In this document: piece after piece, positions 1 to 14,700 of the stretch
How the letters are laid out: the number at the start of each line of letters is the position of its first letter
Numbering within the stretch: the stretch's first letter is position 1
Source: Camelus ferus
Lineage: Eukaryota
Direction of reading: 5' to 3'
Assembly: GCF_009834535.1 (NCBI RefSeq)
Contig: NC_045716.1
Span: 21,948,001-22,012,000 of the forward strand
DNA: 64,000 nt
Position numbers and translations under genes: made by a program
Notes under the pieces: model-generated
The model's input: only the letters and a program-made list of their open reading frames with translations
Databases searched by the model: none
What the model was told of the DNA's origin: nothing

Positions 1-30
1 GCTCAGCCACTTGAGCTATACCTTCCACTC
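1..30 (-). mobile_element. 5' head of a tRNA-Ala-derived SINE, cut by the window edge
   Basis: Reverse complement reads GAGTGGAAGGTATAGCTCAAGTGGCTGAGC, the same A-box head as the other SINE copies in the window. Confidence 0.7.
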
Positions 31-280
31 TTGCTCATTTTTTAATTGGGTTATCTTTTTATTATTAAGTTGTAAGAGTTCTTTATATATTTTGGATACT
101 TGGCCCTTATCAGAGATATAATTTTTAAATATTTTATCCCATTCTGTGGGTTGTCTTTTCACTTTCTTGATGGCATCCTTTGAAACAGAAACATTTTTCA
201 TCTGGATGAAGTCCAATTTATCTTTTTTTTTCTTCTGTCATTGGTGTTTTGGAATCATAAATAAGAAACCTTTGTCTAAT
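31..280 (-). mobile_element. Old LINE-1 ORF2 fragment
   Basis: ORF 16..216(-) gives KKVKRQPTEWDKIFKNYISDKGQVSKIYKELLQLNNKK, typical of the L1 ORF2p C-terminal region. L1-like sequence resumes at ~1075. Confidence 0.85.
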
Positions 281-885
281 GAGATTCTGGACTTAAGCTA
301 TAGTAAGGATACTTTGGGGGACCTTGGGAGGAAGTAAGAGTATTTACATGTGGGAAGGACATGACTTATTGAGGCCAGAGGGCAGACTATGGTAGACTGC
401 CTCCTGGATGACCCCAAAATGATCCCCACCTCCTGGTGTTCACAACTCTGTTTAGCCCCCCGCCAACGCCAACTGTATAGGGAAGCCCTATGTAACCAAA
501 CAACGGAGTATGTAAAAATGATGATCTGTGACTCCTGAGGCTAGGACATTGTGGCTTCTGCCTTATTTATCTTAGATCACTCACTGTAGAAGAATCCAAC
601 CACCATGCTGTGAGGACCTTCAAGCAGCCCTCTGAATAATTCCACATGGTAGGGAACTGAGGCCTTCTGTCAACAGCCAGCCCCAGTTCACCACCTATGT
701 TAGTGGCTTTACTTGGAAGCAGAACCTCGGCCCAGACAAGCCTGCTATAGATAACAGCAGCCCTGACCAAGATCTTGGCTACAACCTTTGGAGAAACCTC
801 AAATCTGAACCATCCAGATAAGCCACTCCTGAATTCTTTTCCCTCAGAAACAATGTGAGATAATAAATATTTACTGTTGCTTAAA
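281..885 (+). mobile_element. MaLR (MLT1-like) LTR (~388-885) with the 3' end of its internal region
   Basis: GGAAGGACATGA...GGCCAGAGGGCAGAC joined to TATGGTAGAC..., then AATGATCCCCACCTCCTGG and a terminal TGTGAGATAATAAATATTTACTGTTG. These resemble MLT1 LTRs; subfamily not determined. Confidence 0.7.
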
Positions 886-901
886 ACAAAAGAAAAAGAA
901 A

Positions 902-1060
902 GGGAAAGATAGAGCTCAAGTGGTAGAGCACATGCTTAGCATGCATGCAGTCCTGGGCTCAATCCCCAGTACTCCTCCAAATATAAAATAAATAAATAAA
1001 ACTAATTACCTCCCCCTCAAAACAAAAAACAAAAAAATTACATTAAAAAAGAAAGAAAGA
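902..1060 (+). mobile_element. tRNA-Ala-derived SINE (camelid vic-1-like)
   Basis: AGCTCAAGTGGTAGAGCACATGCTTAGCATGC...CTGGGCTCAATCCCCAGTAC head, then an (AAAT)n-CTAATTACCTCCCCC tail and an A-rich end. Confidence 0.85.
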
Positions 1061-1074
1061 AAAAGAAACCACTG

Positions 1075-1260
1075 GCGAATTCTCCTGTGCCTTCTTCTGA
1101 GAATTTTAGTTTCAGCTCTTACATTTAAGTTTATGATCCATCTTGTGCTAATTTTTTATTCTGGAGAAAGATAAGGGTCTAAGTTTATCTTTTTGCATGT
1201 AATATCCAGTTGTCTCAGCATCATTTATTGAAAAGACTGTACTTTTCCTTACTGAATTGC
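1075..1260 (-). mobile_element. Old LINE-1 fragment (continuation of 31-280)
   Basis: TTTCAGCTCTTACATTTAAG...ATCCAGTTGTCTCAGCATCATTTATTGAAAAGACT is the reverse complement of conserved L1 ORF2 3' sequence. Confidence 0.75.
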
Positions 1261-1261
1261 C

Positions 1262-2115
1262 AAGGCTGAGAATCAAATAGTAAATTTGTGGAGACGTGTG
1301 GAATGCACTGAATCTTATTCATAAAGATTGGCTTTTATGCACTTTGATTTATCATATATTTTATGGCTTTGCAGCACGATGCTAATTACATATTGTGAAA
1401 ATGACATAGGGTGAAAATTACATGTTGAAATTATTTACTAATTCATGGGCTATTTTTGCTTCTGTTAAATCCTAATTTATAACATTTAGCTTAGTACAGA
1501 TCTGACCACATTCTGTCTTGTAGGTAATGAAAGAGTAGAAAACTAACAAGATGGCTGCTGCATTGTTCAGGTCTGTACTTCTAGCTAAACTGATCTTGTG
1601 ACTAACACGCTCCCCTCCCTGGGCATTCTTTTCTTATAACTTATTCTTTTACCCTAGAGGTCTTGAAAGGTCATAGACTGAACCTCAGGAAAATGGGCAA
1701 GCCCTCCTAAATTCCCTGATTGTTATCACTCTCCTGTTCCCATTTTTGTATAAAATCCCAAGACCTTTACCCCGAGGCAGGTTCACAGTCTTTAAGGCAT
1801 TAGCCTGCTGTGACTTCCTTTGCCTGGCAAAGCAATAAAGCTGTTCTTTTTTAATCCTCCCACAGCTCTGCCTCCAACTCTCAATTCAGCTATGGGGGTA
1901 TAGAGGCTGATTTTTCAGCAACAGTAATGATGCCTAAGCATTTACTTATTGAAAACATATTTTACCATAAAAATAATTTTCTTTGTATTCTAATTAAGGC
2001 AACTATATTGATTCTTTTAAATTTTGTATGTAAGTAAGTCATATTATCTATATGTCCATTTCAGGATAATAAAGACTATGTTAGGAAACACTTTTTATGA
2101 AAGGGGGTGCTTGGG
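1262..2115. mobile_element. Possible old DNA-transposon (hAT/Charlie-like) remnant interrupted by the ERV LTR
   Basis: AT-rich sequence on both sides of the LTR, ending ...CATTTCAGGATAATAAAG...AAAGGGGGTGC. Family assignment is from recall only. Confidence 0.3.
1528..1923 (+). mobile_element. Solo ERV1-class LTR (396 bp) with 4-bp target-site duplication
   Basis: Starts TGAAAGAG and ends TTTCAGCAACA (TG...CA). GTAA flanks both sides (1524-1527, 1924-1927). TATAAAA at 1749-1755, AATAAA at 1834-1839. Confidence 0.85.
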
Positions 2116-2365
2116 CTCTTGGGCTGAGATCTCCCAGGATGGGGAGAGTGAAGCTCAGGAACAGAGGCCGGCCTGCCCTTCCCCAACTGAAAATCAATCA
2201 ATATGGCCTGGGAGTCCTGGATTATTTTACATTATTGACATGGTATACCCCACCCAATGCCTTTGAAGAACACAGATCCAGAAATGTTGCCATGTAGCCA
2301 GCACTTTAGAAGCCAATTTAGACTTCATTTTGGGCAGGTAGAACACTGCATAAAAAACACAGGAT

Positions 2366-2490
2366 GGGGGAGGGTATAGCTCAGTGGTAGAGTGCATGCT
2401 TAGCATGCGCGAGGTCCTAGGTTTGATCCCCAGTACCTCTATTAGAAAAACAAATTTTAAAAAATCTAATTGCCTGCCCCCCCCACAAAA
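2366..2490 (+). mobile_element. tRNA-Ala-derived SINE
   Basis: GGGGGAGGGTATAGCTCAGTGGTAGAGTGCATGCTTAGCATGCGCGAGGTCCTAGGTTTGATCCCCAGTACCTC followed by the family tail. Confidence 0.9.
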
Positions 2491-2634
2491 GGATGATTTT
2501 AAAACAATACAAAGCGAATACTAAGACCAACTTAGAAGCTTTTGAAAATAACCAGCCGCTAGCATAGCATTTGGCACACCAGAGGCTCTCATCAAATGTG
2601 TGATGTGTGTCATAGGATTCTGGATACAATCCAG

Positions 2635-2790
2635 GTTCCACCACTGAGTAGACAAGAGACTTTGGACAATTTAATGACCTTTTAGAGTCTTAGTTTCCTC
2701 ATCTGTAAAATGGGAAAGATATTAGTATCTTCCTTGTGAGAATGAAATGAGACAATGAACACAAAGTAGCATAGATTAAGTACTGAAAAT
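2635..2790 (+). mobile_element. MIR SINE remnant
   Basis: MIR core AGTTTCCTCATCTGTAAAATGGG at ~2692-2714. Similar cores occur near 5550, 13960, 15230, 22470, 26470, 37780, 38530, 51260, 54450 and 54730. Confidence 0.75.
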
Positions 2791-3239
2791 ATTAGCCCTT
2801 ATTATAATCTACTTTATTTAGAAAATAAAATATAAAAGCCTAGATGGCAAATCACATCGTGAGAGAAGAAGCAGGAGGCTCACGAACTCCGTGTCCTGCA
2901 GATGGAAACAGGAGGGGAGTGGGGCTCTAAAGCCAACAGAGCAGGTTGGGGCAAATGTAGTATGTACTTAATAAATATTTGTGGAATGAATGAACTAGAG
3001 GGAAGTAAGGTACTGGATATCACCTGCCCTCCTCCTGAGACCAAGCCCTGAGCAACATTTCCTGGAAAAACAGGAAGTCTGGATGGGGCAGATTCTGACT
3101 TCATGATGATGGTTCAATTCGATTCAATTTGGCACCTACCCACTCTGTGTCAGGCCTTCTACTTAGCATGAGTAAGACATTCCTTCGTACTCCAACCTCC
3201 CCGCCATAAACAAACACAGCCCAACCTTGTCGTGGGTCC

Positions 3240-5460
3240 AAACTGGAAGAGAAAAGGTAAAATTGTGACTGTATGCAGATGACATGATACTATATAGAGA
3301 GAACCCTAAAGACTCCACACAAAAACTATTAGAGCTGATAAATGAATTCAACAAGGTAGCAGGATATAAGATTAACATACAGAAATCTCTTGCATTTCTT
3401 TACACTAACAATGAAATATCAGAAAAGGAAAGCAAAAAAAAAAAAAATCCCTTTTAAAATTGCATCAAGGAGAGACGGTATAGCTCAGTGGTAGAGTGCA
3501 TGCCTAGCATGCACAAGGTCCTGGGTTCAATCCCCAGTACCTCCATTTAAATAAATAAATAAACAAACCTAATTACCTTCCCCCCAATTGTTTTTAAAAA
3601 ATTAAAAATTAAAAAAAAAATCACATCAAAAAAATAAAATACTTAGAATAAACTTGACCAAGGAGATGAAAGACTTATATGCTAAGAACTTCAAACATTA
3701 ATAAAGGAAATTAAAAATAACTTAAAGAAATGGAAAGATATCCCATGCTCTTGGATTGGAAAAATTAATACTGTTAAAATGGTTATTACCCAAAGCAATC
3801 TACAGATTTAATATGACCCCTATCAAATTACCCAGGACATTTTTTACAGCACGAGAACAAATAATCCTACAATTTATATGGAATCACAAAAGACCCAGAA
3901 TTGCCAAAGCAATACAGAAGAAAAAGAATGAAGCTAGAGGCATAACCCTCCCAGACTTCAGACAATTTTACAAAGCTATGGTAATCAAAATAGCATGGTA
4001 TTGGCACAAACAGACATGTGGATCAACGAGACAGAACAGAGGGCCAAGAAATAAACCCACACACCTACAGTCTATTACTCTTTGACAAAGGAGGCAAGAA
4101 TATACAATGGGGAAAACACAATCTCTTGGGGAAGTAGTGTTGGGAAAGCTGGACAGCTGCATGTAAATCAGTGAAGATAGAACACTCCCTCACACCATAC
4201 ACAAAAATAAACTCAAAGTGGTTTAAAGGCTTAAACATAAGACAGGACACTGTAAAACTAGAAGAGAACATAGACAAAACATTCTCAGGCATAAATTGTA
4301 GCAATGTTCTCCTGGTCAGTCTCCCAAGGCCTTAGAAATAAAAACAAAAATAAACAAATAGGACCTAATTAAACTTACAGGCTTTTGCACAGCAACGTAA
4401 CATAAACGAAAGGAAAAGACAACCTATGGACTGGGAGAAAGTATTTGCAAATTATGCGACTGACATGGGCTTAACTTCCAGAGTATACAAACAGCTCATA
4501 CAACTCAATAATAAAAAAAAAAAACAGCCCAATCAAAAAATGGGCAGAAGACCTACAAAGGCATTTCTCCAAAAAAGACATCCAGATAGCCAATAGGCAC
4601 ATGAAAAAATACTATAAAATATTGCTAATTATTAGAGAAATGCAAATCAAAACTACAGTGAGGATCACCTCACCCCAGTCAGAATGTCCATCATTAAAAA
4701 ATCTACAAACAGTAAGTACTGGAGAGGGTGTGGGNNNNNNNNNNNNNNNNNNNNNNNNNNNNNNNNNNNNNNNNNNNNNNNNNNNNNNNNNNNNNNNNNN
4801 NNNNNNNNNNNNNNNNNNNNNNNNNNNNNNNNNNNNNNNNNNNNNNNNNNNNNNNNNNNNNNNNNNNNTCCAGAGAAAAGTCTAATTTGGAAAGATACAT
4901 GCACCCCAGTGTTCATAGTAGCACTATTTACAATAGCCAAGACCTGGAAACAACCTTAATGTCCATCAACAGATGATGTAGATAAAGATATGGTGTATAT
5001 ATACAATGGAACTACCAGCCATAAAAAAGAATGAAATAATGCCATTTGCAGCAACATGGATGGACCTAGAGATTATCATACTTAGAGAAGTAAGTCAGAC
5101 AAAGACAAATATCATATGATATCACTTATATGTGGAATCTAAAAATATGAATGTATTTACAAAACAGAAACAGACTCACAGACATAGGAAGCAAACTTAC
5201 GATTACCAAAGGGGGAAGACTGGGGGTGCAGAGCATAAATTAGGAGTTTGGGATTAGCAGATACAAACTACTATATAGAAAATAGATAAACAACAGGGTC
5301 CTACTGTGTAGCACGGGAACTATATTCAATATCTTTTAATAATCTATAATGAAAAAGAATTTGAAAAAGAATATATATATGTATAACTGAATCCCTATGC
5401 TGTACACCAGAAACTAGCACAACATTGTAAATCAAATATACTTCAATTAAAAAAAAAAAA
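3240..5460 (+). mobile_element. 5'-truncated LINE-1 (3' part of ORF2, 3' UTR, poly-A), degenerate
   Basis: Begins at the RT motif TATGCAGATGACATGATA (YADDMI). ORF2p-like peptides lie in broken frames (YRFN..PIKLP.TFF; YYKAMVIK.AWYWHK; CTPVFI.ALFTIAKTWKQP). Ends CTTCAATTAAAAAAAAAAAA at 5441-5460. Positions 4735-4868 are N. Confidence 0.95.
3469..3628 (+). mobile_element. tRNA-Ala-derived SINE nested in the L1
   Basis: Complete head and tail, flanked by an imperfect duplication AAAATTGCATCAA / AAAATCACATCAA. L1 sequence is continuous across it. Confidence 0.9.
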
Positions 5461-5859
5461 GACAAGCAGTTCTCGAGAGTCTACTATGTACCAGGCGCTG
5501 TGCTTACCTCACTGATTTCAGTAATGACCTTGTGACGTGGTGGCATTGCATCCATTTTACAGATGAAGAAATAGGCTCAGGGAGCTGGAGTCAGTCAGGT
5601 CATAATTGTGTATGTCACTCCCGATAAATCATATGTGATGTGGCCATGAGGCAACACCATGCAGAACCCCCTTCTCACTCACATCTGCTGAGGATACAGC
5701 ATTGTACAACACTTTACAGTCTCTCAACTGCTTTACATAACCTCCTTGTCCTGTGAGAAAGGAAAAACAGTTCCTTCTCATCTGCATCTGATGATGAAAC
5801 AAGGGAGGTCTCAAGAGGCAGCATCCTTCTGCCCAGGGCTCATCCTTCCTGCACTTCGC

Positions 5860-6065
5860 TGATTAATTCTCCCTTCCCCTTCACTTCCGAGAAGCCTTCC
5901 AGGATAATCCCACCATAAAGGGTCCCTCTGTGCACATCTGCTACCATTTTTGTCTTTATCTGTAACCGTCTGTGTGTCTGACTTCCCTGCCTTATGAGCC
6001 TCTTTGGGGCAAAGACTGTCTTAATCATCTCTCAGTATTTTGTCCTCAGTATTTGGCACACTGAA
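5860..6065. mobile_element. L2 remnant
   Basis: TCACTTCC.AGAAGCCTTCC...GGGCAAAGACTGTCTT...GTCCTCAGTATTTGGCACA resembles the L2 3' end. Similar pieces lie near 15350-15580, 52200-52560, 53100-53430 and 63660-64000. Confidence 0.55.
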
Positions 6066-6239
6066 CTTCTTTTATCAATATCACCTTTATTAGCATTGCT
6101 TTAACATTTTTTCCCAAGAAAGTTTTGTGCCTGCTGTGGTTCCCATCCTCTGGGATTTAGGAGCCTCTGCCCAACCCTCCATTCAGATCTTTCATCTCGA
6201 TTCTTCCTAAAGTTGTCATCCATACATGCCTTCCGGAAT

Positions 6240-6360
6240 TTCATAGGGTATATAATCACCAATAGCCTGGGGGAAGCCAGTCGCCCTTTACAAGTATGGT
6301 TGCAGTTGCCTCACTTCCTGTGTCATGTGACTCGCCCATAGTTATCACATGATCCTTCCA
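6240..6360 (+). promoter_or_regulatory. GBA1 proximal promoter: TATA, CCAAT, ETS and two CLEAR/E-box-like elements
   Basis: TATATAA 6249-6255, CCAAT 6259-6263, CACTTCCTGT 6312-6321, GTCATGTGAC 6322-6331, ATCACATGAT 6344-6353. TFEB/MITF-family CLEAR-type sites are typical of lysosomal genes. Confidence 0.75.
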
Positions 6361-6494
6361 CCCCATTATGCCGGAATTAACGCGTAGGGCTAATCTGGTG
6401 TGTATAGCTACCGCAGGTGCCTCCAAACCTGCTTTTATTTAGTTGATCCTGTATCCCTCCGAAGTTTGGAACCGTGCAGTCTTCCCATCTGGTG

Positions 6495-11025
<4,531 letters not shown>

Positions 11026-11066
11026 TGGAGCAGATACCCAAGCAGGAGCCTGGGCTCAGAATGGAC

Positions 11067-11072
11067 ATTAAA
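11067..11072 (+). terminator. Candidate GBA1 proximal poly(A) signal (ATTAAA)
   Basis: ATTAAA about 40 nt after the GBA1 stop; there is no AATAAA on + before the MTX1 3' end. Confidence 0.5.
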
Positions 11073-11600
11073 GGGACAGAGTCAGTTCACATGCTGTCTG
11101 TGGCTAAAGAGCGTACGGCAGGGCTGGGGGGAGCTTAAATGACGTAAGCCCAGAGGCAGTGGTTTGGGTGACTCACTCTCCCCTCTAGTTGGTGCCAGCG
11201 GGCTGGAGGCCCCTAGGGAAAGGATCGGGAAGCCCCAGTGGTCCCCCACCCCCATGCTTGTGTGAGCGTGTGCTGTGCGCTGGTTGCCTGTGGAAACTGG
11301 GCCCGGGCCCAGAGTGAGCTCACTGTCTGTACAAACAGAGGGTGGGTGGGGGGGCGGCGGCGAGAGAGGTTAAGGAAAGGAAGAGACTAGGAAAGCTGGA
11401 CCCAAAACTGGGAACTGTTTGTCTTTCTTGGAGATGCAGGACCGGGCTCATGTAGATGTCAGCATCAGGGCACAGGCAGCAAAAGAAGCCAAGCGCCAAG
11501 TGGGTAGATTCAAGCACCCAGATGGACCCCCCAGCACCAGCTAGGAAAAGTGGCAGCCCCTTAAAGGAGAGAATGTCTGATCCCAGTCAGTGTGAGCAGG

Positions 11601-11606
11601 TTTATT
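11601..11606 (-). terminator. MTX1 poly(A) signal
   Basis: TTTATT on + (AATAAA on -), about 100 nt past the MTX1 stop. Confidence 0.75.
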
Positions 11607-11709
11607 CTGGGGGTGGCACCCCATTTCCAGCCATCCCAACGACGGGGAAACACGGGGCCTCTGGAATGCATCACAGTAGAAAAATCAGTCCTGGGAGCAT
11701 GAGGACAAA

Positions 11710-14700
11710 TCATTCCTCTTCATCCTCCTCAGCCATGCCCAGGGCCCGTGTGCCTGGGGCTCGGGCAGGCGGTGCCCGCTGGATGGAAACAATGCCACTG
11801 AGCAAGGCGTAGCCCGCCATGGCTGCCAGCCCCGCCAACACAGATAGGATCTGGTTCCGGCGCCGGTATGGTTCCTCCTCATTCTCCGGGCTCGCTGGTG
11901 TCTGGCATGGAGGTGGCACCTCAGCTGAGGGGCAAGAAGGGAAGGTGGGCTCGGGGGCTGGCTCCTGGATCCCTGCCCATTTCTCCCCAGGGCTAGCACC
12001 AAGCCTCCACCATCTGTCTGTTACCTCCCTCCCAGGGGAAGTAGAGGCTGAGGATGTGGGTGCAGTAGGCACAGAGGTTGTGCAGCCCCCGCAGGTGTGC
12101 CTGCAGCTTCCCACTGGGCAGCTTCGCCTGCTGCAGCAGGGCCAGGTAGCTGAAGACAAAGGCGTCCAGGGAGGCGGGGCTGCAGCAGAGAGAAGGATGG
12201 GATGGAGAAGGGGGAGAGATGGAGTGGGAGGAAGAGTTGGCCCTGAGAGTGGGGCTCTGGGCAGCCGGTGGGCCACCGGAGGAGGAGAGGACACAGTTCT
12301 GGATGTGGTGTGGGGAGGGCGCCCCAGGTGGCGCCAGGCTGGCCTTGAATGGGACTCTATCCCAGGGCTGCATAAAGGGCACATTGAGTGCCCCACAGCC
12401 CTGCAGGCCCCTCCTGGACCTGGCAGCCCTCCCACCCTCCTGTACCACTGAGGCGGCTCAGGCCCCACACGTAGCCCCACTGTCATCAGACCCAGTGTCT
12501 GTCCTGAGCCTGAGGACCTCGTGTCCACAACCTGAGCCCACCCCAGCCCCTGTGGCTACATCTGAACCTGTCTCTTCTTCCAAGCCACCTATGATTCCCC
12601 TGGAGTCAGACTCACGCATCTCCAAAGAAGAATTTCTGAGAGCCCAGGCGCTGAGAGAGAAGGGTCAGGCATTCCCGAGCCTCTTGGTACAGCTACAGGG
12701 AAGACACAAGGTAGGCTTGCGGCTGCGGGAACAGCGCCGCCGCCTCTCCCAGGCACTCCCATTCCTGGCTGTCATCCTTGGGGCTCCTCTCATACAACAG
12801 CCCCCTGTCCCAGGTACCTCCTTCTCCAGCTCTTCCTCATCCTCAGGCCTGTGCTCCCCACACAGCAGCTGCAGCCGCTCCATGTACTGCCGCTGCATGC
12901 GGCCAGGGAGGAAGAAGTTGAGGGGAAAGGGCATAGCCTCTGCATACCACTTCCGGGTCACTTCCACATAGTTCTTGGCGTCTACCCAAAAAGTGTGTAT
13001 CTGGATTAGGTATGGAGGAAGGAAGAGGCAGTCTGAGCCAGTGCACCTGCCTGACTCGGGGTGGGCTTCTGACCCCCACGCTGCTCCAAGCCTGTGTGTG
13101 TGTATGGGGTGTCTGTGTGTATGCCTCACCCCCTCCCCTGCTGGCCGTTCATGCTGGGAGGTCTGTGCACACTCACCAGCACCGGGAGCAGCTTCTCCTC
13201 TAGCAGAGACATGAAGGCCAAGGTGTCTGCCCCTTGCCGGGCTGACAGATCATAATCAGCATTGTACTTCTGTGGAAGAAACATTCACTGTGAGGTGGAT
13301 GCTGGGGGACTCCAGGGACACTTCCCCAAGGATGGAGGCCTCCTGTCTGCCACCACCCACACTGACCTCTGAGTGTAGCAGAGGTAGAGCAAGGAGCTTT
13401 TCTCGCTGAGGCCCCCTCGCCTGGGCCCAGTCAGTAGCCTGTTGCTGTTGGCGGGAAGCCTGGACCTTGGAGCCTGCTGGCCGTCAAGGTCCCGCGCCCA
13501 CTGGGGGGAGGAAGGAAGGCCCAGCCGCAAACCAGGAGCAGCTCCCAGAGTTTCCACGGAAAGCTGGCAGGATGCCTGCTGACGGCAACTTTCTAACAGT
13601 AACTTCCCCGATCCAGACACCACAAAACTAACAGAGTGAAGCCCAGATGCAGGTTGGGCCTCAGTCAAGCCTCAGGAACTAGGGGATGCCATCCTCATGC
13701 TCCTGGGACCCAGTGAACCCATGTCTAGGGCCCCCTGGCTTGCTTTCCCAAAGCCCAGCTCTTGGCTGTTTCTTCTATTTCATTCCACGGCCCAGGCGCC
13801 ACCACCACCACACACACATTCCAACCATACCCCCAGGTCTCGGCCTGCCACACCTTCCTAGGCTCTAATGTCTGTTCCTCGGCACCCTCCTCCATATCCT
13901 GAATAGACTTTGTCCCCAAATAACCTTTCGAGAATAATCCTTAAATCTCTCTGAGCCTGTTTCTCCCCTGCAGAATGGGAGTAATAATCTCTCTCAATGT
14001 GACTCTGTTAGGAGAAAGCTCTTTGGAAACTGAAAAAGCTATGGTCATATATAAGGAAACAGTGGCCCAGTCCCAGCCAGGAACTTTGGCTTTTACCTGA
14101 ATTCCCTCTCTCCATGTCTCTCAAGCCTCCATTAATTCCCCAGTTCCTCCACCTTTGAGAAAGTAGAAATGAAGACGAGGGTTCCCCCTTCTGACAACAT
14201 GTTCTCTTTTGGAACCAAGCTAGAGGAGCCCTTGGAAAGCATTCTGGCTGAGCCCCCTACTTTTGCAAGTAAGGAGTTTACAGCTCTGAGAGGTTAAGCA
14301 ACTTGTGCAAGGTCACACAGCCAACGACAGAGTGAAAAGCATAGCCTAAGCCTCCCCATTCCTCTTGGAAAGCTCTTTCAATTCCCCCCACCCTAACCCT
14401 AGCTCTTAGCCTTGTCTACCCTGAGCCCCATGTTCAGCCAAACCCAGTCCCTGAAAAAAGGGCAACAGCCCTTAGAAATCTCCCTCTGGTCCCATCTTTG
14501 AGGGCCTCATCTGAGCCAGCTGTTCTCTCCTACTCTCTTTTCCCTTCCATGTGTTATCAGCCCATTCATCTCTCCCTTCCTCACCCAGAAGGCATAAGGC
14601 ACTGTGTCTCTGGATGCCCCCACAGTGCCTCAGTTTAATCTCTAGCCTTTGACTTACTACCTCACAGCAACATTGTCTGTGTCCTTGAAACTCTGGGTCA

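Noticed and set aside
2371-2440. Apparent tRNA-Ala(AGC) genes (also near 905, 3475, 19160, 55890, 63545)
   Set aside because: Each has stem mismatches, extra 5' G/A bases, a shared SINE tail or poly-A and often a TSD. They are SINE heads, not tRNA genes.
3756-4976. L1 ORF2 pieces as a functional reverse transcriptase gene
   Set aside because: The element is 5'-truncated, split across frames by stops and frameshifts, and interrupted by a SINE.
12219-12971. 250-aa plus-strand ORF and 210-aa ORF 11819..12451
   Set aside because: Both are antisense shadows of GC-rich MTX1 exons and introns, with no recognisable domain.
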